Numbered from the stretch's first letter, positions 28,399 through 37,938 are shown. The stretch: 64,000 bases of DNA from Sediminibacterium sp. (GCA_044337245.1 JBIINW010000001.1:9528-73527), one strand, 5' to 3'. Numbers and translations are program-made. The notes: generated by a model not told the origin, from the letters alone.

Positions 28399-29847
28399 TT
28401 ACAAATCGCCTTTTTGCCAGTTCTTTTCGTTGAGGTGATTTACTTGAACCCTTAGATTGTACTTATTTCTCAAGTGCCGGGCCGTTTGTTCGGCGGCATA
28501 TACACTTCTATGCTGGCCACCGGTACATCCAAAGTTGATTTGCAGGTGATCGAAGTCTCTTTTCAGGTACGTTTCAACATTTATATCAATAATATCCCAA
28601 ACACTATTCAACATCTCATTCATCCGGGTACCCTGTTCTAGAAAGTCCATTACGGGCTTATCCTTACCAGTTAAGTATTTATAGGCTTCTAGGCGTCCGG
28701 GATTTAGTATTCCGCGCATATCAAAAACAAATCCACCCCCATTATCCGAGGCATCCTCGGGAATTCCGCGTTTGTAACTGAAGCTATTGATTTCTACCTG
28801 CAAGGGTGTTTTTTCGTGGGCTTTCGTTGGCTCGAACCGGGCAATTGCTTCCGCGCTGGTGATAATTTGAAGCAACCGATCAAACTCGGGGGTAATAATA
28901 CCCACTCGCTTATGCAGTATAAAAAACTGCAGGTTACGCATTGCCAGGGGAATGCTTGATAAAAAATGGGCCTTTCTTTCAAATAGTCCTCGGAACCCAT
29001 ATGCCCCCAATACCTGCAATAACCGGATGAGCACATACCCATTGTATTGACTAACGAAAGTATTTCTTTCAACTGGCTGATCGAGCAGGGGATCGAGACA
29101 ATCCTGATAATATTCTAGCAGACTATCCTTCCATTGTTCACTCAATTCGGCTTTTGCCTGCCAAAGCAATGAAGCCACATCATATTGAGGTGCCCCTTTC
29201 ATTCCACCCTGGTAATCAATAAAAAAAACCTCGTCGTTTTTCACCTGTATATTCCGGCTCTGAAAATCACGGAACATGAAAAACTTATACTGGGTATGGG
29301 TTAAATAATTACTCAGCGCATCAAAATCATCCAACAGGGCCTGCTTATCATAGGGTATTTGTAGGGTATCTAAAAAGTAATACTTAAAATACAACAGGTC
29401 GCTCAAGATGGCCTGCTTGCCAAAGATTTTGGCAGTGATACACTGATTGTAATCTAATCCCTGATCTCCCAAAACCTGCAGGCGGGCCAACTGCTGCAAA
29501 CTTTTCTGAAAAAGCAAGTAAATATAGTCGGTATGCCCCTCCTTTTCCAAACAACTAAGCAGCGAATCGGGGCCAAAATCTTCTTGAAAATATAGGGTGT
29601 TGGCACTGTTTTGCCAGTATATTTCTGGAACAGACAACCCGGCCTGTTTAAAATGTTTACTAAAATAAATAAAGGTTTGGGTTTCTTTCTGATGTTGATT
29701 ATAGGTGGCAATGGTAGTGCCCCCCTTATGGTAAATACGAAAATATATCCGGTCACTGCCGCTTTGCTGAATTTTTTCAATTCGTTCTGCCGGCTCACCT
29801 TTCAGGGCCTCAAATTGCGTGCGTATTTCGAGCATAACTGCTTCCAT
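28399..29847 (-). CDS. AmgK-like phosphotransferase fused to a RapZ C-terminal domain
   Basis: APH fold (SGSDRIYFRI, FRDFQSRNI, IDYQG, YDVASLL), then SFSYKRG, GGGFVFD and FGCTGGQHRSVY typical of the RapZ C-terminal domain. Likely start at 29847. Confidence 0.82.
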   Translation of the reverse strand: MEAVMLEIRTQFEALKGEPAERIEKIQQSGSDRIYFRIYHKGGTTIATYNQHQKETQTFIYFSKHFKQAGLSVPEIYWQNSANTLYFQEDFGPDSLLSCLEKEGHTDYIYLLFQKSLQQLARLQVLGDQGLDYNQCITAKIFGKQAILSDLLYFKYYFLDTLQIPYDKQALLDDFDALSNYLTHTQYKFFMFRDFQSRNIQVKNDEVFFIDYQGGMKGAPQYDVASLLWQAKAELSEQWKDSLLEYYQDCLDPLLDQPVERNTFVSQYNGYVLIRLLQVLGAYGFRGLFERKAHFLSSIPLAMRNLQFFILHKRVGIITPEFDRLLQIITSAEAIARFEPTKAHEKTPLQVEINSFSYKRGIPEDASDNGGGFVFDMRGILNPGRLEAYKYLTGKDKPVMDFLEQGTRMNEMLNSVWDIIDINVETYLKRDFDHLQINFGCTGGQHRSVYAAEQTARHLRNKYNLRVQVNHLNEKNWQKGDL

Positions 29848-29895
29848 TCCTCTATCCGTTTGCACGAAAATAAAGCTTAGCAACGAATCGAAGCA

Positions 29896-31308
29896 TCAAT
29901 TTCTTGATTTTGACCAATAATAAAGCGGCAGTCCAAGCAGGGTGATAGCCACTCCCAGCAAAGAATTAACCAGATGGGTTTTTCCTGATAGATATTGCTG
30001 TATATCGGTAACCAGGGTGGTCAGTAAAAAACATACCGTAAACAAAATAAATATCAGCGGAATATAGGGGTAACCGGGCACTTTATAAGGTCGGGGAGCA
30101 TCGGGCATTCGGATGCGTAAAAGGATTACGCCCAGGGCACTCATCCCATAGAAAAACCAGCTTACAAAAACCAGCATATCGGTAAGCATGTCGAATGACC
30201 CGCTAATGATCAGGATTATCGTCCAAATTGCATTTAACCAAAGTGCATTTCCCGGTGTATTAAAACGGGGATGAATTTCACCGGCCCAAGAAAACAAACG
30301 ATTGGAGGCACCTAATGCATAGGTTACCCGAGCAGTGGATAGAATATTTCCATTCGTTGCCCCTAATGTGGAAACTACCACCATTCCTGTAATGATGGCG
30401 GCACCCATCACCCCTCCCATCAATCGAGCCGCATCAGACGCTACCCAGGAAGAGCCGGCCATGGCAGAGGGAGATAAAATATATACAAAAGCAGCACTAA
30501 GTGATACATATACCAACGTACAAATCAATAATCCAAAAAACAAACTCAAGGGAATATTGCGCTGCGGCTCTTTGATTTCTCCGGAAACAAAAGTGATATT
30601 ATTCCAACCTTCATACCCCCAAAATGCCCCCGACAATGCAGCCATCCAGGCCGCAACCATGGCCCAACCTGCCGGCTTGAAAGGAAGGGCTTGAGAAAAA
30701 TGCGAAAGATTACCAACCGATGATTTCATTACTCCCAGCAGTAAAATAGCAATGGCTACTAGTTTTATCCAGGTAAGCCATCTTTGCAAAGAAGCGCCCC
30801 ATTGTAAACTATAATAATTGATCCAGGTGAAAAGAATGATAATCACAATAGTTAAACTTTTTACCCCAAAATTTTCCAGCGGATAGATATCTCCTATCAT
30901 GGGAATATGGATACGGGCTGCCTGCTCAGTGGCTGCAGCAAAATTCGGTAGCTGTATAAAATACCCGGCATAATTAGAACATACATAGGCAACCGATGCA
31001 TTCCCACCCGTATTAAAAACTGCCAGCGCTGCCCATCCATATAAAAAAGCAAATCGCTTGCCGAAAATTTTATCAAAAAAAACATACTGTCCCCCGGTTT
31101 CAGGATATAAGGTAGCTAGTTCTGCATTCGACAAAGCGCCACAAAGCGTAATAAGGCCCGCCAAAACCCATACCAATAATAACCATACCGGCGAGCCCAG
31201 TTGCGACATCATGCTGGCAGGCTTCATAAATATGCCCGACCCTATAATGCCCCCTACTACCAATGCAATGGTGGAAGGCAGCTGCAGGGTTCGGCGAAAA
31301 CTGGCCAT
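29896..31308 (-). CDS. APC family amino-acid permease (second in the window)
   Basis: GGIIGSGIF, GALSNAELATLYPETGGQYVF and WGYEGWN motifs. Confidence 0.9.
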   Translation of the reverse strand: MASFRRTLQLPSTIALVVGGIIGSGIFMKPASMMSQLGSPVWLLLVWVLAGLITLCGALSNAELATLYPETGGQYVFFDKIFGKRFAFLYGWAALAVFNTGGNASVAYVCSNYAGYFIQLPNFAAATEQAARIHIPMIGDIYPLENFGVKSLTIVIIILFTWINYYSLQWGASLQRWLTWIKLVAIAILLLGVMKSSVGNLSHFSQALPFKPAGWAMVAAWMAALSGAFWGYEGWNNITFVSGEIKEPQRNIPLSLFFGLLICTLVYVSLSAAFVYILSPSAMAGSSWVASDAARLMGGVMGAAIITGMVVVSTLGATNGNILSTARVTYALGASNRLFSWAGEIHPRFNTPGNALWLNAIWTIILIISGSFDMLTDMLVFVSWFFYGMSALGVILLRIRMPDAPRPYKVPGYPYIPLIFILFTVCFLLTTLVTDIQQYLSGKTHLVNSLLGVAITLLGLPLYYWSKSRN

Positions 31309-31442
31309 GGAAGTAATTTTTTTAAATATAGATATTACGGCTGAGGATATACAATTTTTTTAGCCATACATTAACAGTATATTTATATCAGAAAGCAGCC
31401 AAATTAAGTGCAAAATTGTCCAATGCAATAAATCGTGGTATC

Positions 31443-31889
31443 ATGAATTTAATTTGCCTTTTAATTCCCCTTTTCAGCATGCTCACCCCTGTGCAATGGG
31501 AAACCGATATGGCCCGGGCTCAAAAAAATGCCCGGGAACAACATAAAGCGATTTTACTAAACTTCTCTGGGTCGGACTGGTGTGCTCCCTGTATCAAAAT
31601 GCATCGAGAAATATTCGATAATGACGTTTTTTCTCAGTGGGCCAATCAAAACCTGATTCTTGTAAATGCCGACTTCCCCCGTGGAAAAAAGCATCAGCTG
31701 CCCAAAAATATTCAGGAGCAAAATAACAGACTGGCAGACACATTCAATCAAAAAGGCGCTTTTCCCCTTACGCTGCTGATAAATGAAAATGGTACAGTAC
31801 TAAAAAGTTGGGAAGGATATCCCAAGGTATCGCCTTCCGAATTTGTAAAAGAATTATCCAACATACTATCACAAACTGAAAAAAAATAA
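31443..31889 (+). CDS. Secreted thioredoxin-fold protein
   Basis: Signal peptide and FSGSDWCAPC (CxxC) motif. Start moved to ATG 31443. Confidence 0.88.
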   Translation: MNLICLLIPLFSMLTPVQWETDMARAQKNAREQHKAILLNFSGSDWCAPCIKMHREIFDNDVFSQWANQNLILVNADFPRGKKHQLPKNIQEQNNRLADTFNQKGAFPLTLLINENGTVLKSWEGYPKVSPSEFVKELSNILSQTEKK

Positions 31890-31894
31890 AGTTT

Positions 31895-32155
31895 ATGCAA
31901 AATCAATTTCTGCCTTTTCAACTACCGAAAAAAATCGCCACATCTATGGCCTCCCTGCTGGTAGCAAGCCTTGGTTGCTTATCTATTATCAGTTGTTCAA
32001 CAGTAAAAGAATATCAAAAGAATAAGCTGAACGATAGTGAAATGGTACTCAGCAACCGAAAAATAGAAAAAACCGAACTGAGTTTCATGTCATACCGCGA
32101 AGGAGCTTCCGGAGCCAACGCCGGAAAAAGCGGTGGAGGTTGCGGATGTAATTAA
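31895..32155 (+). CDS. DUF4266 family small lipoprotein
   Basis: Lipobox IISC and C-terminal REGASGANAGKSGGGCGCN. Confidence 0.85.
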   Translation: MQNQFLPFQLPKKIATSMASLLVASLGCLSIISCSTVKEYQKNKLNDSEMVLSNRKIEKTELSFMSYREGASGANAGKSGGGCGCN

Positions 32156-32188
32156 TGTAATCTTCTACCGTAAAAAGAATAGGTAACG

Positions 32189-33388
32189 ATGAAAAAAATA
32201 ACCTTAAGCATACTGGCACTATATATCGGCGTTTTGGCAGTTTTTTCGCAAACAAAACCAAATTCCGACTCCGCTTACCGCCAACGGAAATTGACTTTCG
32301 CTGAAGCAAATATTGTATCTAGTTATTATAGTCAGGATGGAAATAATTCTGCCATTACCGGCGGAATCGGTACGGAGAAACTAACCGATTTTTCAAACAG
32401 TTTTTCCATCAAACTCACCCGCGTTGATAAAAAGTGGCGTAAACACAGTTTTGATGCTGAAATAGGAATTGATAATTATACATCTGCCTCTTCCGATAGA
32501 ATTGACATGAAAGCCAATTCCTCTGCTTCTTATAACGATACTCGGGTATATCCCTCCCTCAACTGGAGCATGGAAAATGAAAAAAAGGGGCTTACCTGGG
32601 GTGCGGGTGTTTCAACTTCTCGCGAATTCGACTATTATTCTTTTGGTAGTCAGGTAAATGTGGCTAAAAAAACCAAGAACCGGATGGGCGAGTTTGGTAT
32701 AAAACTATTTACCTATCTCGACAACCTGAAACTAATTTATCCGGTAGAATTAAGAACTGGAGCATTTATTCCCAGAGGAGAAGAGTATCCGATGGCTTCC
32801 AGAAATACATTTGGGAGTTCATTCAGTTATAACCAAATTATCAATGCACAACTTCAGCTATCCATACTCGCGGATGTGATTCTTCAACAGGGATATCTGA
32901 GTTTACCCTTCCACCGGGTTTACTTTTCAGACAATAGTGTTCACCTGGAGCAACTACCCGATAGCCGTTTAAAATTACCTATTTCTATCCGAGCCAGCTA
33001 TTTTGCAGGCGATCATCTGATTCTTCGGGGTTACTATCGTTACTATCAGGATGACTGGGGGATGACTGCACATACCATCAGCCTAGAACCGGTTATTAAA
33101 CCCACTGCCTTCTTTTCGGTAAGTCCTTTTTATCGATTTTATTCGCAACAGGCAACCCGTTATTTTGCTCCCTACCAGCAGCATACCGCTGCCAACACGT
33201 ATTATACCAGCAACTACGACTTGTCTACTTTTACCACTCATTTCTATGGTGCCGGACTGCGAATCGCGCCCCCCAATGGAATACTGGGATGGCAGCATTT
33301 GGGAGCTTTGGAATTAAGATATGGGCATTATTCGCGGAGTAATAATATGCAATCTGATATCGTTACATTGAACCTGACCATTAAATAA
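32189..33388 (+). CDS. DUF3570 family outer-membrane beta-barrel protein
   Basis: SYYSQDGNNSAITGGIGTE, YTSASSD, LSLPFHRVY and YRYYQDDWG motifs; follows the DUF4266 gene. Confidence 0.82.
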   Translation: MKKITLSILALYIGVLAVFSQTKPNSDSAYRQRKLTFAEANIVSSYYSQDGNNSAITGGIGTEKLTDFSNSFSIKLTRVDKKWRKHSFDAEIGIDNYTSASSDRIDMKANSSASYNDTRVYPSLNWSMENEKKGLTWGAGVSTSREFDYYSFGSQVNVAKKTKNRMGEFGIKLFTYLDNLKLIYPVELRTGAFIPRGEEYPMASRNTFGSSFSYNQIINAQLQLSILADVILQQGYLSLPFHRVYFSDNSVHLEQLPDSRLKLPISIRASYFAGDHLILRGYYRYYQDDWGMTAHTISLEPVIKPTAFFSVSPFYRFYSQQATRYFAPYQQHTAANTYYTSNYDLSTFTTHFYGAGLRIAPPNGILGWQHLGALELRYGHYSRSNNMQSDIVTLNLTIK

Positions 33389-33411
33389 GTGCTACTAATT
33401 TATTTACTGAC

Positions 33412-33936
33412 TTAGGGCTTTAATCCAAATACCTGCACTTCTTTCCCTTCTCCGGTATGATAGGGCTTACGAAATAGGGTTATTCCTTCTAAAGAAAATT
33501 GAACGGGGATTGTTTCTGTGGCTTGCTGTTGATGGTACCATTCGTCCGGAACTTTCCATTGGATAAAGGTGCCGAACTGCATGGCCGGACAATCACTACC
33601 CTGTAAATAAGGATTCAGTGCATGCAATTGCTGCCGAAGTGCCTGAAAATGATTTTGCTCCCTTATCTGCCAGCGGGCAGGCTCATTAGGCTGCGGTTTT
33701 ACCATATCTAAGGTTAGGGTAAACTGCTGTTGGTGACTGAATATTCGCTGCATCCATCGGATTAGAGTATTTTCCATGCCCTCTCTGGCCAAAAAAGCTG
33801 CCATACAACCTGCCTGGCGGGGTAATAAGAGTTTATGCCGTATGCCAGCGGGTAGATTAACCACCAGCCAATAATGCCACCAGCCGTGTATCGGCTGAAT
33901 CGTTGCTGCCCCGCCCACTTCTTTCGCTGCCACCAT
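33412..33936 (-). CDS. Hypothetical protein, possibly a degenerate 2H phosphoesterase (2'-5' RNA ligase-like)
   Basis: Open 174-aa frame divergent from umuD. YWLVVN, QFTLTLD and FSLEGITLFRK fit the 2H fold pattern, but no HxT motifs are visible. Confidence 0.45.
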   Translation of the reverse strand: MVAAKEVGGAATIQPIHGWWHYWLVVNLPAGIRHKLLLPRQAGCMAAFLAREGMENTLIRWMQRIFSHQQQFTLTLDMVKPQPNEPARWQIREQNHFQALRQQLHALNPYLQGSDCPAMQFGTFIQWKVPDEWYHQQQATETIPVQFSLEGITLFRKPYHTGEGKEVQVFGLKP

Positions 33937-33947
33937 AAAAAATGAAT

Positions 33948-33988
33948 TAATAATTATTTTAGCATAAAAATACTAATTAATTTAGCAT
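33948..33988. promoter_or_regulatory. Tandem candidate SOS boxes (CTAA-N5-TTAG type)
   Basis: TAATAATTATTTTAGCAT (33948-33965) and TACTAATTAATTTAGCAT (33971-33988) match at 16 of 18 positions. The second contains an exact CTAA-N5-TTAG. Confidence 0.65.
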
Positions 33989-34003
33989 TTCAAAAATAAA
34001 ATT

Positions 34004-34435
34004 ATGGATACGGAACAATGGTATGGAGCCGCCTACAAAGGCTCGAAAGATTTTGATCAGTTAGCCGTACCTACCGCCAATGCTACCGGGTTTGGTGCCG
34101 CGGCCGACGACTATATGGAACGGGGCATCGATTTAAATGAACAACTCATTCATAACAAGCCCGCCACCTTTTTCTTCCGGATGAACAGCGAAGCTTTGCG
34201 AGACAGTGGCATTTATCCGGGGGATGTGTTGATTGTAGACAGAAGTTTGCCGGCCGTTCACGGAAAAGTAATAGTAGCTGTAGTAAATGGAGAAATGCTG
34301 GTGAGAAGATTACTCGTGCACCGGCAAGGCCGTACGCTGGCTGCCGATAACAAAAACATTCCGGCTATATCCATCGCTCCGGGAACCGACTATATGGCCT
34401 GGGGCGTGGTAGTGTACACAATTCATACCGTATAA
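34004..34435 (+). CDS. umuD: UmuD-like S24 protein lacking the catalytic Ser/Lys
   Basis: GFGAAADDYMERGIDLNEQLI and GDVLIVDRS align with UmuD; immediately upstream of umuC. Confidence 0.85.
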   Translation: MDTEQWYGAAYKGSKDFDQLAVPTANATGFGAAADDYMERGIDLNEQLIHNKPATFFFRMNSEALRDSGIYPGDVLIVDRSLPAVHGKVIVAVVNGEMLVRRLLVHRQGRTLAADNKNIPAISIAPGTDYMAWGVVVYTIHTV

Positions 34436-34436
34436 T

Positions 34437-35714
34437 ATGCGTGCCATTGTAGATTGTAACAGCTTTTACTGCTCGTGCGAACGATTGTTTCGGCCGGGGC
34501 TAGACAAGCGGCCCGTAGTGGTGTTGAGTAATAACGATGGATGCATTATCTCTCGCACTGATGAAGCCAAGCAACTGGGGATTGTGATGGGGGATCCGTA
34601 TTTTAAAGCAAAAGAACTGATTGAACGGCATCAGGTAGCCACCTTCTCGTCTAACTACAATCTGTATGGCGACCTCAGCTGGCGGGTGATGGAATGCATG
34701 CGATCGATGCTGCCGCCGGAATGTGTGGAAGTGTATTCGGTAGATGAAGCATTTCTCGATCTGAATCACCTGCCGGCGGATAAGGTGTACGATTTTTGCG
34801 TAGCCATAAAAAACAGAATTGAGCAGTGGACGGGCATACGGGTATCTATTGGGGCGGCACCTACTAAAGTGCTGAGCAAAGTAGCCAACCGACTAAGCAA
34901 AAAAAACAAAGTGGCTACCGGAGGTATTTTGTTACTGGATACCGATGAAAAGATAAATGCAGCGCTGCAACAAACACCCGTAGGGGATATCTGGGGCATC
35001 GGACGGCGCTATGCAGAAAAACTGATATCCCTTCAAATTCATACTGCCTTCGACCTTCGTAAGCAAACTACCGAATGGGCCCGCCAGTTGCTGGGTGGCG
35101 TAACCGGAGTTCGGCTGCTGCACGAATTGCAGGGGATGCCCTGTATCGGAATGATGGAAGAACTGGTTACTAAAAAAATGATTGCCACTACCCGCATGTT
35201 TGGCAGCGATGTAACCGACATTACTGCCATCCGCGAAGCTGTTGCCACCTATACCTCTAGGGCAGCCGAAAAACTCCGCCGCCAAAAGGGTGCGGCCAAC
35301 TGCATCAGCGTTTTTCTGGTGCCCAAATCGCCCCCGGCTACCGGCCGTTTCCGACACGGACCTGCTATCGGAAGCTACATCCAACTATCCATGGCCACCG
35401 ATGCCACAAATGAACTGATTAAACCCGCTATACAACTCGTAAACCAATTGTTTGAAGAAGGACTCATCTATAAAAAAGCCGGCGTATTATTATCCGGCAT
35501 CGTGCCCCGTGATAGTGTGCAGGGGTCTTTATTCGATACACCCCATCCCAAAACAACCCAGCTGATGAAAATGATAGACAACGTAAACTTCGCAATGCGC
35601 GATGATCTGCTGAAGTTCGCAACCTCTGGCACCAACCGCAATTGGAAAATGCGGCAGGAATTGCGAAGTCCCCGCTATACCACCAGATGGGAAGAATTAT
35701 TCCTGATTCGGTAA
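34437..35714 (+). CDS. umuC: Y-family DNA polymerase V catalytic subunit
   Basis: IVDCNSFYCSCER, VVVLSNNDGC, YSVDEAFL and C-terminal WKMRQELRSPRYTTRW motifs. Confidence 0.93.
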   Translation: MRAIVDCNSFYCSCERLFRPGLDKRPVVVLSNNDGCIISRTDEAKQLGIVMGDPYFKAKELIERHQVATFSSNYNLYGDLSWRVMECMRSMLPPECVEVYSVDEAFLDLNHLPADKVYDFCVAIKNRIEQWTGIRVSIGAAPTKVLSKVANRLSKKNKVATGGILLLDTDEKINAALQQTPVGDIWGIGRRYAEKLISLQIHTAFDLRKQTTEWARQLLGGVTGVRLLHELQGMPCIGMMEELVTKKMIATTRMFGSDVTDITAIREAVATYTSRAAEKLRRQKGAANCISVFLVPKSPPATGRFRHGPAIGSYIQLSMATDATNELIKPAIQLVNQLFEEGLIYKKAGVLLSGIVPRDSVQGSLFDTPHPKTTQLMKMIDNVNFAMRDDLLKFATSGTNRNWKMRQELRSPRYTTRWEELFLIR

Positions 35715-36263
35715 TTATAAAACCTTACCCGGATACTTGCTAAATAATTCCTTCATGGCTTCCGCAGCTATAGTAGGTAATTGCTTTTGCTTATCCGGAA
35801 TAACTCCCTTTGCCCCTCCCTTCCACAGCATCTGTTTACGCGCAGCATCAACCACGTGCACCGTTACCGTTCCTTCCCGATAACGACCTACCTCAATCTC
35901 TTCACTTTTCCAGGTATAGTTGCGTTGACCCATATAACGGGGAGCCCCATCAGTACGCCAGTCGGTTTCACGAGTCTGTACCTGCTCTTTTACTACCAAG
36001 CCAATGTTAATCAGTAAATCGGGCTGGGCAGCTTGTTGCACATAACCCCGCTGCTTCATTTCCTGAGCAATGGCCTGCTTTAACACATCAATTCCGGAAG
36101 CAAACTGAGCACTTACCGTGTCTCCGGAAGCATCTACCTGATAAAAGTCAAAGGTTTTATACTTCGCCCAATCCACATTATCCGCCGATTCCGTAGGTAA
36201 AACCTTTACACCTGAACAGGCAGTTAAAAAAGCACACATCGTAATAAAAAATAATATTCGCAT
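35715..36263 (-). CDS. DUF4136 family lipoprotein
   Basis: Lipobox LTAC; YKTFDF, QPDLLINI, YREGTVTVHVVD and LWKG motifs. Confidence 0.85.
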   Translation of the reverse strand: MRILFFITMCAFLTACSGVKVLPTESADNVDWAKYKTFDFYQVDASGDTVSAQFASGIDVLKQAIAQEMKQRGYVQQAAQPDLLINIGLVVKEQVQTRETDWRTDGAPRYMGQRNYTWKSEEIEVGRYREGTVTVHVVDAARKQMLWKGGAKGVIPDKQKQLPTIAAEAMKELFSKYPGKVL

Positions 36264-36367
36264 ACAAGAGATTTTAATTTCAACTGCAAATTATTAAATT
36301 GTAGTAAATAGTTAGCCAACAGATTGTAATAACTTGCTAAATTGAAACGGCATAGCCCTTATAATTT

Positions 36368-37936
36368 ATGCGCATGAAAAAAATGTTGGTCATTTTCTCG
36401 GGTTTACTCTGGTGGGTAACGGCCACGATGGCTCAGCAAACTACACCCAACATTATTGTAATCATGAGCGACGACCATGATGCGAATGCCATTAGTGCCT
36501 ATAACCGTTCTCTTATACAAACGCCCCAGATTGACAGAATTGCCAGGGAAGGAGTTCGATTTACTCGGGCGATGGTGGGCAATTCTTTATGTGGCCCTTC
36601 CAGAGCCACTTTTTTAACAGGGTTACATTCAAACAAAAATGGATTCGTCGATAACAATTCGGTGTTCAATGGTGGGCAACGAACCTTACCGAAGCTATTA
36701 CAAGAAATAGGATACCAAACCGCTTTGGTGGGAAAGTGGCATCTGGTAAGTAAACCCACCGGATTCGATTACTGGCAGGTGTTGCCGGGGCAAGGCATCT
36801 ATTACGAGCCTAAAATGATTACCCAAAACGGAGATACGGTTACCCAACATGGCTATGCAACCAACCTGATTTCGGAGGACGCCATTCGATGGATGCGGGA
36901 AGACAGAAAATCCAACAAACCCTTCTTTCTGATGTTGAATCATAAAGCGCCACATCGTTACTTTTTACCTACGCTCGCCAATATTCAACGGTTCCATACC
37001 CAGCAATTTCCAGAACCCCCCACCTTATATGCCGATACCAGCAATCGGGGATCTGCCTGGCGCCTACAAACGATGCGGATTCTAGAACACCTTGAACTGG
37101 CGAGTGATTTAAAAGTTGACCCTGCTTATTTGCAAGATATCCCCGAACTAAAACCCTCGGCAGCTGAAGAAAAATATTACTACAATATCATGAAAACCAT
37201 TCCCGCCAATGAACGGGAGCTGATTAAAAAAATCTATGCCGAAAGAGGAGAAATTATCCGCAAAGAAAGACCTACCGGAAATGCGCTACTCAAATTAAAA
37301 TACCAATGGTACATGCAGGACTATCTGGCTTGTGTTGCTTCCATAGACGAAAATGTAGGGAAAGTATTGAATTACCTCGACTCAACCGGGCTTGCTGCCA
37401 ATACGCTGGTTATGTACACTTCCGATCAGGGTTTTTATTTAGGCCAAAATGGTTGGTTCGATAAAAGATGGATGTATGATGTATCCATGAAAACGCCCCT
37501 GCTGATTCGTTGGCCCGGAAAAATTGCCCCCGGAACCATCTGCGATCAACTTACACAAAATATAGACCATGCTCCCACCCTGCTAGAAGTAGCCGGAATA
37601 CCGGCGCCGAAAGATATGCATGGCATCAGCCTGCTACCCCTGCTCACCAACCCCCAATATCAACTACCCCGAAAAAGTGTATACTACCATTTTTATGAGT
37701 TCAAGGGGGCGCACACCGTTTTGCAACATATTGGTGTAAGAACAGCGCGGTATAAACTGATTCATTTTTACACAGTGAACGAATGGCAGCTATACGATGT
37801 ATTAAACGACCCCGAAGAACAAAAGAATCTTTATACTGTTCCAGCATTCGAATCGATACAAAAAAGTTTAGAAAAGGAACTAATTGCGCTGCAAAAGCAA
37901 TATGATGACACAAATCCGGCAGCGCCAGTAAAATAA
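36368..37936 (+). CDS. Sulfatase (family S1, Cys-type), secreted
   Basis: Signal peptide, PNIIVIMSDDH, CGPSRA formylglycine motif, GKWHL and YTSDQG motifs. Confidence 0.93.
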   Translation: MRMKKMLVIFSGLLWWVTATMAQQTTPNIIVIMSDDHDANAISAYNRSLIQTPQIDRIAREGVRFTRAMVGNSLCGPSRATFLTGLHSNKNGFVDNNSVFNGGQRTLPKLLQEIGYQTALVGKWHLVSKPTGFDYWQVLPGQGIYYEPKMITQNGDTVTQHGYATNLISEDAIRWMREDRKSNKPFFLMLNHKAPHRYFLPTLANIQRFHTQQFPEPPTLYADTSNRGSAWRLQTMRILEHLELASDLKVDPAYLQDIPELKPSAAEEKYYYNIMKTIPANERELIKKIYAERGEIIRKERPTGNALLKLKYQWYMQDYLACVASIDENVGKVLNYLDSTGLAANTLVMYTSDQGFYLGQNGWFDKRWMYDVSMKTPLLIRWPGKIAPGTICDQLTQNIDHAPTLLEVAGIPAPKDMHGISLLPLLTNPQYQLPRKSVYYHFYEFKGAHTVLQHIGVRTARYKLIHFYTVNEWQLYDVLNDPEEQKNLYTVPAFESIQKSLEKELIALQKQYDDTNPAAPVK

Positions 37937-37938
37937 GC

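Noticed and set aside
33809-33821. CCTGCCTGGCGGG, resembling half of the tRNA palindrome, inside the 2H-like ORF
   Set aside because: Short, imperfect, not in a CGA context and with no empty site to compare; compatible with chance.
34004-35714. umuDC as part of a mobile element (appears somewhat GC-richer)
   Set aside because: No integrase, transposase, terminal repeats or flanking direct repeats were seen.
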